A DNA stretch of 63,990 nucleotides, filler included, from Malassezia furfur (taxonomy: Eukaryota), in assembly GCA_052055015.1 (NCBI GenBank). It is 3 parts of 3 records of this genome, joined end to end, with 100 filler letters (N's around TTAATTAATTAA, not from the genome) between each part and the next. Parts side by side here need not be neighbours in the genome. Positions count along the whole stretch, not along the records: positions 21,835 to 43,353 come from JBQJIT010000167.1; 2 more parts are not named here. The stretch is one strand, 5' to 3'. The translations under genes were made by a program, and so were the position numbers. This document shows positions 32,115-43,453 of the stretch, piece after piece (position 1 is the first letter of the stretch; each line of letters begins with the position of its first letter). The notes beneath the pieces are model-generated. The model had not been told where the DNA came from and searched no databases. It saw only the letters and a program-made list of their open reading frames with translations.

Positions 32115-34973
32115 ATGGCGGAAGATCGCGATGCATCGTCGGAGCGTTCGCGTACCGAGCTTTCCGCAGCATCCCAAGATACGAGCCAAGTACAAGGTGA
32201 TGAGAAACCTAAATCCAAGCATGGCAATACCCTTTTTGTGACGCGCCTGCCGTATACGGTCACCAATACCGATTTGTCCACCTTTTTTAGCGACATTGGG
32301 CCTTTGCGTCGCGCGTTCGTGGTCTCAGATCGCGAATCCCGCAAGTCCAAAGGAATTGGATATGTGACCTATGTGGATGCGGAAGATGCAGAGCGCGCGC
32401 ACGAGAAACTGCAGGGATCAAGCATTGACGGGAGTCGGCGTCACATCCAGCTCGAGTGGGCTGATCGGCGCTCAACCACCGCCGAGGGACGCGAAGGAAA
32501 GCGAGAGAAGAGCACAGCAGGGCGCGTGGCGCCTTCGCATACACTTCCCGAACGCGACCCAGATGCAGTGCGCACCATCGTCGTGTCTGGCCTGGAAAGT
32601 TGCTCGCCACCAGCCGACACCAAGACGCTCTACAAGCGTGTGCGCAAGATTGGCGATGTCGAGCACGTCGAATTCAAGGAGCTGGATGGGACACCGTCTA
32701 AGGATGTTGCTCTTGTCCGATTCCGTACGCCGAACCATGCCATGGACGCTGTGTCCAAGTTGCATGCACACCAGTTCAAAGGTGCCCAGCTTAGTGTGGG
32801 CCTGAAGAAGCGACTGGAGGGTGCTCTGCGCCTCGAGCAGCATATGCGCCCTGATACCCTAAAAAAGCACCAGTCTATGAAGCAAAAGATTGAGGAGCTC
32901 AACGGCCAGGCGTGGAACGTGAATCAGAACCGGGCCGGGCTGAGCCGCGAAAGCCGTGTGATCATCCGTAACCTTCCCTTCGATATCACACTGGAAGACC
33001 TGCGTGCAATTTTCTTGCCGTATGGACCGATCTACGACATCACTGTGCCGACTAAGCAATCCGAGGGAGAGGAGTCGAAGCCTCCGCGCGGTCGTGGGTT
33101 TGCGTTTGTGTGGTTCGTCTCACGTGCCGACGCGGCTCGGGCGATCGAAGCCGTGAATGGCGTTTCGCTCCGACATGGTGCCGCAGAGCAAGCTGCGCTG
33201 AAAAAGGCCAAAGGAAAGAAGGGGCGCGAGGTTGCAAAGGAGGCTCTGGACAAAGTACAAGCCTCGGCCCAGCCGGCTCGTCCTGTGGCCGTCGACTGGT
33301 CGCTGTCACAAAAGGACTGGCTGGCTCGTGCCGAAGAGGAACCTACTGAGGAGCCTGAATCGACACAGACCCCGACGAAACGCCCGCGCAGTGAGGGTGA
33401 CGATGAAGATGTGTCGCAGGAGGAAAACTCGTCAAGCGACTCGGGCGATTCAGACTCGGATTCGGACTCGGATTCGGAAAGCAGTGACGCAAACACTGAG
33501 CCCGAGAGCGACGACGAGGATGAGCAGGCCGACGAATCGTCCAAACCCCCCAACAAGCTGGCCACCACCGATACTGGCACAATCTTGTTCATCCGCAACT
33601 TACCTTACCAGGCCACCGAGCAAGAGCTCAAGGACCTATTCCGCTCGTTTGGGCCCATGCGTTACGCCAAGATCACCATGGATCCTGCAACAAAGCGCAG
33701 CCGAGGCACGGGCTTCGTGTGCTTCTGGAAACGTGAATCGGCCGATGCCGCATTGCACGATGCCGAGCTGGTACAGCGAGAGACGGCGGCATCTTCGTTG
33801 ATGGATGCCAAGCTGCCTAAGTCGAATCCCTTCTCGGTCCCTTCGGTGATGACGGCGGATCCATCGGCGCCCTTGGTTGCACGCTTCACGCTGCACGGGC
33901 GCGTCTTGAATGTCTCACGCGCTGTGACCCGCGAGCATGCAGCCAAGCTAGAGACTGCATCGCGCAAGTCGCGCGAGAAGAGCGACAACCGCAACACGTG
34001 GCTGTTGCGCGAAGGCGTACCTCTTCCCAATACGCCCCTGTCCAAATCATTGTCGGAGAAGGAGGTCGACCGACGCCTGCAGAGCTTCTCAATCCGTCGC
34101 GCGCAGCTCGGTGCCAACCCATCGCTACACGTTTCCAAGACGCGTCTGGCCGTGCATCAGCTTCCGCTGTTTGTCACCGACAAGATGCTGAAGCGCATGG
34201 CTCTGTATGCACTGCGTGCCTTTACGGATGAGGTCAAGGCGGGTGAGCGCGAGGATCTTGATGAAGACGAAAAGGCGGACAAAACGGTGAGCGCCAACGT
34301 CAAGGAGACGACCGATTCCGAGTCGGGCAAGAAGCGACCGCCGCCATCGCTCGTGATCCAGAGCAAGGTGGTCCGACAGAACGAGCGTGTGGATCCGTTT
34401 ACGGGCAAGGGCCGCTCGCGTGGCTACGGATTTGTGGAAATGCGCACGTTCCCTCATGCTCTCAAAGTGCTCCGCTGGGCGAACGGCAACAAGGCGCTGG
34501 GCGACTTGTTTACAACATGGTGGAAGGAAGACCTGACTGCTAACATCGCCAAAATCAAGGGCGAGAAGGCGCCGTCGGACGACCAGCGACTTTATTTGAA
34601 GCGCCTCGAAAGCGCGCTGCAGGACCTCGAAGAAGGACACAAGGCGATCAAGTCGGAGGTGCGTGGCACGCTGCGCATCGAGTTCTCTATCGAGAACGTC
34701 ACAACGGTCCGCAAGCGTGTTCTGCGTCAGACGCAGGCACGGGAAAAACAGGTGAAACGCCAAAAGGTATGTCTATATTTCGGTCGCTAACCGCAGCTCC
34801 ACGACTCAACGGACAAGCCAGCGCCTCCGGCACGCCCACAGCGCGGAGCTGAGACGCGCGCACGGGCCCAGGCAGCCCGCAAAATTGACGACGACGTCAA
34901 GCGCGGAAGCAAGCTAGGGTCGCTGATTGGCAGAAAGCGCAAAGAACGCAAGCGTAAGCACGGTGCAGCATGA
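32115..34973 (+). CDS. NOP4: Nucleolar 4-RRM protein Nop4/RBM28; intron 34767-34796
   Basis: TLFVTRLPY..KGIGYV, IIRNLPF..RGFAFV, acidic linker, LFIRNLPY..RGTGFV, NPSLHVSKTRLAVHQLP, RGYGFVE, IEFSIEN; last exon ends ..IGRKRKERKRKHGAA*. Confidence 0.92.
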
Positions 34974-35178
34974 GGGCATTTCGTGTTCCTGTGAGAATTG
35001 CTTTAATGTCCGATAGCGATTCAATTGGGGGTAGGGCGCAACCCTTTTTTATTTGATTGGTTGTCCGTGCGTGTGGTCGCAGCAGGTACGTGCGCAACCG
35101 TTGGGAAAGAACACTGCATTGCAACCCCCAGATAGCACCAGCCATTTGGCGCCTCTTTCTACAATCCCAGCCTTCACC

Positions 35179-38100
35179 ATGTCAAATGACAAAGACTCTG
35201 ACCATGTCGCTGCGCTCTTGAAGAACATGGGCGACATGCGTCACCGACTTATGGTGTCTGGAACAAATAGGTCTGGTACCATGACACCGGATGACCACAA
35301 GCTGGAGAACAACATGTACGTGGGGGATTTCTGACACCAGCGGCTACTCGACCACCGTCTTCCCTGACAAGCAAAGTCAGGCAGTGCAGGTGCAAGAGAT
35401 CCTAGAAGAAAACGGGTTCATTCCTCCCGATCTTGTGGCATCAGAAGTTGCTTGGTTCTACGAGAAGCTCGGCATCGATGACACCTACTTTGCGATGGAG
35501 ACGCCCGAGACAATTGCCAGCAACATTTTGTCGTTGTATGGTGCGAAGATTACCGAGTACACACAGCACACAGGATCTCTCAACGTTGACTTGCAGAAGC
35601 GCTCCGAGGACAGCGCTGTGTTCATCCACTCCAGCCAGGCCGGCGTGAGCCGCGGCAAGAAGGGTCCGCAGTGGGAGCGGACAATTGATGAGGAGTACCT
35701 TAACCCGTCCAACGTGGAGAAGGCGTACCGCCTTGAGACGTACCGCTCGACGGGCATGGCGGCGGCCAACTCACCGGAGCACCTGCGCTGCTACTTCCTT
35801 CGCCGCTGCAACTTTGTTGAGCCGATCCCTCGCCGCGACTCGCCCGAGTACCAGCAGATCCGCGCGGTGTCAGACAAGACGTTTTTGAGCAAAGTCAGTG
35901 AGCACACGCTTCGGATCTACCAGGGTGTGATGAACGAGGCGCTCCGCAGGCAAGGCCCAGTGATGGAGATGTACGAGGTGGTCGGCACCCAGGAGCGCCG
36001 AATCGTCATTGGCTACCGTATGGGGACCACTTCCAACTTCTTCAGTGCGCTGTCTGACCTGTACCACTACTACGGTCTATACTCCTCCCGCAAGTACGTG
36101 GAACAGTTCAGCAATGATGTGACGATCATTTCGATCTACCTGAACCCCTTGCCGAACTCGAACGCACCTCCAATCGAGAACAGCATCTTCCAGGTGCTCA
36201 AGGAGGTGTCGCTGATCTATGTCTTGCCAGACAACCCCTTCTTTATGACGGGTGATGTGCGCACGACGCACGCGGTGCAAGAGGCCACCTACGCCTACGT
36301 CGGCTGGCTGTTTGCGCAGCATTTCTGTAACCGTCTAGGCCCGGCGTACGAGGCGCTGCGCAAGATTCTGGACGAATCAGACTCGCACCAAGCCGCGGTG
36401 CTGAACGATATCAAGCTGCGCCTGCGTGAGGAGACGTTTACGCGGCAGTCCATTTTTGAGGTGATCCAGAACTATCCTCAGCTTGTGCGTTTGCTCTACG
36501 TGCACTTTGCCCACATCCACTACCCTGGTCGACAGGAGCAGGATCTCATGCCGACGCTGAGCCGGCAGCGTCTCACGCGCGAGACGCTGCTGGACGACGA
36601 CCAACTACGCGACGTGATCATCAAGTCGGTCAACAACTCGCACGAGCGCCATGTTTTCTTGGCGCTGCTGTCGTTTAACAAGTACGTGTGTGGCTGACCC
36701 TAGGTCGTTGCTCAAGACCAACTTTTACACGCCGACCAAAGTCGCCCTAAGTTTCCGGCTGGACTGTACGTCCGAGGTGTACTGACCCAGCAACCTTCCT
36801 TCCCGAGAGTGAGTACCCCCTGAAGCCGTACGGCATCATCTTTGTGGTTGGCGCCGAGTTCCGCGGTTTCCATGTGCGCTTTGCAGACGTGGCGCGCGGC
36901 GGGATCCGTATCATCCAGAGCCGCAACCGCGAGAACTACTCGATCAACCAACGCACGCTGTTTGACGAGAACTACGGCTTGGCGCGCACGCAGAATCTTA
37001 AGAACAAGGACATTCCCGAGGGTGGCTCCAAGGGTGTGATTCTGCCCAACATGGACGTCAATGCACGCCTCGTGTTCGAAAAGTATGTCGACGCCATCCT
37101 GGATCTCTTGATCAAGGGCGTCACACCCGGTGTCAAGGAGCAGATCGTCGACCTCTACGGCAAAGAGGAGATCCTCTTTTTTGGCCCCGACGAGGGCACA
37201 GCCGGCTTTATGGACTGGGGCGCCGAGCATGCTCGTGCGCGTGGAGCCTCGTGGTGGAAGTCGTTCACGACGGGCAAGTCAGCCGCGACGCTTGGTGGTA
37301 TTCCCCACGACAAGTTTGGCATGACCTCACTGTCAATCCGCCAGTATGTGCTGGGCATCTACGAGAAGCACAAGCTCAAGGAGGACGAAGTTACCAAGGT
37401 GCAGACCGGTGGCCCCGACGGCGACCTTGGCTCCAACGAGATCCTGCTCTCCTCCGACAAGACCGTGTCAATTATCGACGGCAGCGGTGTGGCGCATGAT
37501 CCTAAGGGTCTGAACCGTGAAGAGCTGCGCCGCCTTGCGCATGCGCGTCAGACCATTGCACACTTTGACAAGAGCAAGCTATCGCCTGAGGGCTACCTGG
37601 TGCTGGTGGACGATCGTAACGTGCGCCTGCCCTCCGGCGAGGTCGTACCCGATGGTGTGGCGTTCCGCAACCGTGCGCATTTGCGCTACACGGCGGACCT
37701 GTTTGTGCCGTGCGGTGGACGCCCTGACTCGGTGCAGATCGGCAACGTGAAGGAAATGTGTGACGAGCACGGCAAATGTCACTACAAATACATTGTGGAG
37801 GGTGCCAATCTGTTCCTGTCGCGTCAGGCGCGTCTGGAGCTGGAGAAGCGCGGCGTGGTGCTGTACCCCGATGCGAGTGCCAACAAGGGTGGTGTGACGT
37901 CGAGCAGTCTCGAAGTGCTGGTCGGCCTTGCGCTGAGCGACCAGGAGTACATTCAAAACATGCTCTTCCATGACGACAAGCCGACGCCATTTTATATGGA
38001 CTATGTGCGCGACATTCAAAAGATCATTGTGCGCAATGCGCGCTCCGAGTTTGGAGCGATCTGGCGCGAGCATGAGGAGACGGGCAAATACCGTTCGGTG

Positions 38101-38385
38101 ATTTCTACGGAATTGTCGTCGACGCTGATCCGTCTGTCCGAGGAAATCATCACCACAAATCTCTATGACCAAGAGAAGTTGCGTGAGGCGGTGCTCCTGC
38201 GTGTCTTCCCCGAGTCGCTCGTGGCCAAGATTGGCGTGAAGGAGGCAATCCGGCATGTGCCTGAGGCGTACCTGCGCAGTGCATTTGCCGCGATGGTTGC
38301 CGCAAGCTTCATCTATGCCAAGGGCCCGCGTGCAAGCCATGTCGACTTTTACAACCACGTCGAGCATCTGCTGCAGTCCGCCTAA
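35179..38385 (+). CDS. GDH2: NAD-specific glutamate dehydrogenase; introns 35316-35340, 36682-36703, 36766-36790
   Basis: EVAWFYEKLGIDDTYF, SRKYVEQFSN, LKTNFYTPTKVALSFRLD, FRGFHVRFADVARGGIR, KNKDIPEGGSKG, GPDEGTA, QTGGPDGDLGSNEI, ANKGGVTSSSLEV. Confidence 0.96.
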
Positions 38386-38662
38386 GTAGCCTCCCCTAGC
38401 CTCTCAACTCCGGTGTGCGCCGTGCGGGCGTGTTGGGGCCGTGGCGGAATTAGCGGGCGCAATTTCGCATACGATGATTGGCCTGGTTTGCCCGCTGCCG
38501 CTTATTCAGACAAGACGTGGCCAAAATTTGCGGCAGCGCCGGGGTGCTTGTGTTCCCTTGGCACATTTCCCATCAGGAAGCCTCGTACGCGCCCTTGTTG
38601 GAGTACGGGTGGACCGCGCACTAGACGTGGTTGATTCGGTTGTGCATTCTCTACACCTCTCC

Positions 38663-41600
38663 ATGTTAGGTTCGATTGCGAAAATGCCGCTGCGCGCCGT
38701 TTCGGTGCGCGGCGGCGCCACCCGTTGCACGGCGTTGCTCTCTTCTTCGCGCAACACGCGTGTGCTGACGACGAGCGCCTATGCGCTGTCTGCGAAGGAG
38801 GCGAAGCCCTCGCCGCCGTCGCCGAACGATGTGTTTATGAACCAGACGAACTCGTACTATGTGGACGAAATGTACCGCCACTGGAAGAAGGACCCGCTCT
38901 CGGTGCACTCGAGCTGGGACGCCTACTTCTCTGGTCTCGAGAAGGGCTACCCGAGCGAGTCGATCTTTACGCCGCCGCCGAGCTCGCTGACGCTGCCCAA
39001 CACCGACTTGCTGGAGAGCAGCCCCCGCCACCCGGCGGACGACTACCTCAAGCTCCAGCTGTTGGTGCGTGCCTACCAGGTGCGTGGGCACCTCAAGGCC
39101 CGGATTGACCCCCTCGGCATCATGGACCAAAAGGACCTGGCTGAGGAGAAGACGATCCCCGAGCTGGACCCCGCCTACTACGGCTGGACTGAGGAGGACA
39201 TGAACAAGGAGATGCTCCTCGGCCCCGGTCTGCTGCCTAACTTCGTGGACCACGGCATCGACAAGATGACCATCCGCGAGATCATCGACACGTGCGAGCG
39301 CCTGTACTGTGGCTCGATCGGCTGGCAGTACGTCCATGTGATGGACCGCGGCCCATGTGACTGGCTGCGTGCGCGCATCGAGGTCCCCGAGCCGTACAAG
39401 TACTCGACGGAGGAGAAGCGCAAGATGCTTGACCGTCTGTGCTGGTCCGACTCGTTTGAGCGTTTCATCTCGTCCAAGTACCCGAACGAGAAGCGCTTTG
39501 GTCTCGAGGGTGGTGAGTCGCTCATCCCCGGTATCAAGGAGATGATTGACCGCTCTGTCGAGCACGGCGTGCGCAACGTCACGATGGGCATGCCGCACCG
39601 TGGTCGTCTCAACGTGCTCGGCAACGTCATCCGCCGCCCTATCGAGGGCATCCTGCACCAGTTCGCGGACAACACGAACGAGGAGGGTGGCGGTGACGTC
39701 AAGTACCACCTGGGTGCCAACTACGTGCGTCCGACGCCCTCGGGCCACAAGGTGGCGCTGTCGCTTGTGGCGAACCCGTCGCATCTCGAGGCCGAGGACC
39801 CCGTGGTGCTGGGCAAGACGCGTGCGCTGCAAGAGTTTGACCAGGACACGGAGAAGCACGAGCGCTCCATGGCGCTGTTGATGCACGGTGATGCGGCGTT
39901 TGCCGGCCAGGGTGTGGTGTACGAGACGATGGGCATGTACAACCTGCCCAAGTACGCCACCGGCGGCACCATCCACATCATTGTCAACAACCAGATTGGT
40001 TTCACCACGGACCCGCGTTTTGCGCGCTCGACGCCCTACCCGTCGGACATCGCCAAGGCGATTGATGCGCCCATCTTCCACGTGAACGGTGACGACGTGG
40101 AGGCGGTGGTGTTTGTGTGCAACCTGGCCGCCGACTGGCGCGCCAAGTTCAAGAAGGACGTGGTGATTGACCTGGTGTGCTACCGCCGCCACGGCCACAA
40201 CGAGACTGACCAGCCGAGCTTCACGCAGCCGCGCATGTACGAGGCGATCGGCAAGCGTGAGACGGCACTCAAGCAGTACTCGGAGAAGCTCGAGAAGGAG
40301 GGCACGCTCACCAAGGACGAGATCCAGGAGCAGGAGAAGTGGGTGTGGGCCAAGCTCGAGGAGGCGTACGAGAAGAGCAAATCGTACGAGCCCGAGGAGC
40401 AGCAGTGGCTGTCGAGCGCCTGGGAGGGCTTCCCGTCGCCCCGCGAACTGGCCGAGAATGTGCTTAAGCAGCACAAGACCGGCGTTGAGCTCGACACGCT
40501 GCGCTACATCGGTGAGAAGGTTTCGACCTACCCCGAAGACTTCAAGGTGCACCGTAACCTCGCGCGCATTCTCAAGAACCGTCTGAAGACGGTGCAGAAC
40601 GGCGAGGGCATCGACATGAGCACCGCCGAGGCGCTCGCCTTTGGCTCGCTCGCCCTCGAGGGCAAGCTCGTGCGTGTGTCCGGCCAGGACGTGGAGCGCG
40701 GCACCTTCTCGCAGCGCCACGCGGTGCTGCACGACCAAGAGAACGAGCAGGTGTACGTGCCGCTTGCGAACCTGTCCAAGGACCAGGGTGTGTTCGAAAT
40801 TTGCAACTCGTCCCTGTCCGAGTTTGGTGCGCTCGGCTTCGAGCTGGGCTTCTCGCTGGTGAACCCCAAGAACCTGACCGTGTGGGAGGCGCAGTTTGGT
40901 GACTTTGCCAACAACGCGCAATGCATGATCGACCAGTTCATCGTGTCCGGTGAGCGCAAGTGGCTGCAGCGTTCCGGTCTTGTGCTCAACCTGCCCCATG
41001 GCTACGACGGCCAGGGCCCTGAGCACTCGAGTGCGCGCGCCGAGCGTTTCCTGACGCTCTGCGACGACCACCCGTACAAGTTCCCGGATGAGCACCAGCT
41101 CGCGCGCCAGCACCAGGACGCCAACATGGCCGTGGTGTACTGCACCACGCCTGCCAACGTCTTCCACGTGCTGCGTCGCCAGGTGCACCGCGACTTCCGC
41201 AAGCCGCTGATCCACCTGTTCAGCAAGTCGCTGCTCCGCCACCCCGAGGCGCGCTCGTCGCTCGCTGACATGGGCCCTGGCACGTCCTTCCAGCGGTACA
41301 TCCCCGACCCGCACCACACCGAGGGCAAGGACGCTCTTGTGCCGGATGACCAGATCAAGCGCCACATCCTCACGTGCGGCCAGTCGTACTACGCGTTGCT
41401 CAACCACCGTCGCGAGCAGAAGCGTGACGACGTGGCGATCTCGCGCATTGAGCAGCTCTCGCCGCTCGACTACGAGTCGATCATCAAGAGCATCGACCGG
41501 TACCCGAACGCGACCCTCGTGTACGCCCAGGAGGAGCCGATCAACATGGGCGGCTGGACCTACCTTGCGCCCCGCCTGCGCATGGCCTGCAACCACTCCG

Positions 41601-41731
41601 AGAACCACAAGGGCAAGGAGTTTGTCGTTTCGGCGCGTCCGCCGTCGTGCTCGGTGGCTACCGGCCACAAGGGCGCCCACCAAGCCGAGCTCCAGGCGTA
41701 CCTCAACGGTGCGTTCGAGCTCGAACTCTAA
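38663..41731 (+). CDS. KGD1: 2-oxoglutarate dehydrogenase E1, mitochondrial
   Basis: [77 protein letters not shown]. Confidence 0.97.
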   Translation: MLGSIAKMPLRAVSVRGGATRCTALLSSSRNTRVLTTSAYALSAKEAKPSPPSPNDVFMNQTNSYYVDEMYRHWKKDPLSVHSSWDAYFSGLEKGYPSESIFTPPPSSLTLPNTDLLESSPRHPADDYLKLQLLVRAYQVRGHLKARIDPLGIMDQKDLAEEKTIPELDPAYYGWTEEDMNKEMLLGPGLLPNFVDHGIDKMTIREIIDTCERLYCGSIGWQYVHVMDRGPCDWLRARIEVPEPYKYSTEEKRKMLDRLCWSDSFERFISSKYPNEKRFGLEGGESLIPGIKEMIDRSVEHGVRNVTMGMPHRGRLNVLGNVIRRPIEGILHQFADNTNEEGGGDVKYHLGANYVRPTPSGHKVALSLVANPSHLEAEDPVVLGKTRALQEFDQDTEKHERSMALLMHGDAAFAGQGVVYETMGMYNLPKYATGGTIHIIVNNQIGFTTDPRFARSTPYPSDIAKAIDAPIFHVNGDDVEAVVFVCNLAADWRAKFKKDVVIDLVCYRRHGHNETDQPSFTQPRMYEAIGKRETALKQYSEKLEKEGTLTKDEIQEQEKWVWAKLEEAYEKSKSYEPEEQQWLSSAWEGFPSPRELAENVLKQHKTGVELDTLRYIGEKVSTYPEDFKVHRNLARILKNRLKTVQNGEGIDMSTAEALAFGSLALEGKLVRVSGQDVERGTFSQRHAVLHDQENEQVYVPLANLSKDQGVFEICNSSLSEFGALGFELGFSLVNPKNLTVWEAQFGDFANNAQCMIDQFIVSGERKWLQRSGLVLNLPHGYDGQGPEHSSARAERFLTLCDDHPYKFPDEHQLARQHQDANMAVVYCTTPANVFHVLRRQVHRDFRKPLIHLFSKSLLRHPEARSSLADMGPGTSFQRYIPDPHHTEGKDALVPDDQIKRHILTCGQSYYALLNHRREQKRDDVAISRIEQLSPLDYESIIKSIDRYPNATLVYAQEEPINMGGWTYLAPRLRMACNHSENHKGKEFVVSARPPSCSVATGHKGAHQAELQAYLNGAFELEL

Positions 41732-41888
41732 GTAGATGCACAGAAATATCCAAGCAGAACAACGAAACCCACCAACGTATGCGGACGGGCAGATGCCACT
41801 TTGTCTGCCGCCCGTGGCGCTCAACACCGGCCCCCAAATAAAACAGCAACAGTGTCTCCTTCCTATGTACAGCAACCAAGGTCCTACG

Positions 41889-42326
41889 TTACCGCGAGGA
41901 CGCAGACGACGTAGGGCCACTCGACGATGACGACGACGACTTATTGTCATCCTTGTGGTCCACGCCCGAGACCGCCGAGGGGATAATAATCACACACAAC
42001 AGCGCAATGATGCCAATCACAATGATCAGGCGCATCTTCATGTCCTTCCACCACATTTGTTTCCGCACGCGGTTAGCGCCACGACGGAAGCCCTGCGCGG
42101 AGACGGACAAGTTGTCCGTCTTGTCCTGGAGACTGTTGAGGTTCTCGCCACGCTCGTGCACCTTGTTGATGTTGTCGCGCATGACGCCCACCGTCTCTTC
42201 AATCTGGGCCTGAATCTGCGCAGTACGCGAGCTGCCCGCCCCGGCAGCACCCTTGCTACCCGTCGGGTTTGACGATGCACCCCCCGCGGGGATGTAGGGG
42301 TCGTAGTGTCCATCCGATTCTGGCAT
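41889..42326 (-). CDS. SNC1: Synaptobrevin v-SNARE (Snc1/2)
   Basis: [61 protein letters not shown] + TM. Confidence 0.93.
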   Translation of the reverse strand: MPESDGHYDPYIPAGGASSNPTGSKGAAGAGSSRTAQIQAQIEETVGVMRDNINKVHERGENLNSLQDKTDNLSVSAQGFRRGANRVRKQMWWKDMKMRLIIVIGIIALLCVIIIPSAVSGVDHKDDNKSSSSSSSGPTSSASSR

Positions 42327-42542
42327 CGTGGTGGCGCGTCGGTGCGCGGACGGCGCGTGCGGCGAAGTGCCACGAGGCCCTGCGCTATGACGTCAGCTAG
42401 CCTACCGTGCGTTCCACGCGGGGCCCGCAAGCAAAACTGTATATGGCACGTGATATTTTGCATCCGTCTTTCGCGTGCGCTCTAGGTGCTCGGCGCCGCA
42501 CCGCATTTCCTATCGTCACGACATCTTCGTCAGACATTCAGG

Positions 42543-43263
42543 ATGGTACGTATGCTCAGCACGGACGCGCTCGCACATGATGGCACACACGGCGCTCGTA
42601 CGCATGCTCAGCATCTACGGCACCGGTGCGCCAGCGAAGCCGCCCACTGCTCTTGCGTTGACAACACGGTACTAACGTCGCCAGGCCCGTTACGCGTTTG
42701 ACGATACCAAGCTGACGGAGAAGACGGCCCGCTCCCGCGGTGACTACCTCCGTGTGCACTTCAAGAACACCCGCGAGACGGCGGCTGCGATCAACGGCTG
42801 GCCTCTGCAGAAGGCGTTTGCGTACCTCGAGAACGTCGCGGAGAAGAAGCAGATCATTCCCTTCCGCCGTCACAACGGTGGTGTCGGCCGCCACGCTCAG
42901 GCGAAGGAGTTCAAGACTACTCAGGGTCGCTGGCCCGTGAAGTCGGTCAAGTTCCTTCGCACCCTGCTGAAGAACGCCGAGGCGAACGCCGAGGCCAAGG
43001 GCCTTGACACTGAGACGGTGATCATCCGCAACATTGTGGTGCAGCAGGCCCCCAAGACCTACCGCCGCACCTACCGGGCGCACGGTCGCATTAACCCTTA
43101 CAGGAGCCACCCGACCCACATCGAGATCCACCTTGCTGAGCCTGCGGAGCAGGTGCCCAAGGCGGTGACCTCGGCTACTCCTCGCCTCAACTCGCGCCAG
43201 CTCGCCAAGAAGCGCGTGGCTGCGCAGCGTGCGCTCACCGCGGCCCCGGCTTCGTCGGCCTAA
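42543..43263 (+). CDS. RPL17: 60S ribosomal protein L17 (uL22); 139-nt intron 42546-42684 directly after the ATG
   Basis: Spliced [48 protein letters not shown]; branch TACTAAC at 42670-42676. Confidence 0.96.
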
Positions 43264-43353
43264 GTTGCGTACGCAATCGACAGACGTTTTTCGTCTGTTG
43301 TGCCCCTGTGTATGGTGCGTCCCGCGTGCGATGCACGTTGAAGTGCTTGGGAA

Positions 43354-43453
43354 NNNNNNNNNNNNNNNNNNNNNNNNNNNNNNNNNNNNNNNNNNNNTTA
43401 ATTAATTAANNNNNNNNNNNNNNNNNNNNNNNNNNNNNNNNNNNNNNNNNNNN
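43354..43453. other. Artificial contig spacer (44 N + TTAATTAATTAA + 44 N)
   Basis: Identical to the spacer at 21735. Confidence 0.97.

Noticed and set aside
33430..33480. GACTCG/GATTCG hexamer repeat
   Set aside because: Encodes the Asp-Ser acidic linker of Nop4; ordinary low-complexity coding sequence
38666..41950. 1094-aa minus-strand ORF opposite KGD1 (similarly 5027-7267 opposite CEF1 and 50861-53212 opposite GRS1)
   Set aside because: Strong C/G third-position bias removes antisense stops; the sense proteins are unambiguous conserved enzymes
42575..42660. Box C/D snoRNA inside the RPL17 intron (ATGATGG)
   Set aside because: Box C is imperfect and there is no CTGA box D downstream in the intron; not supportable without a model search
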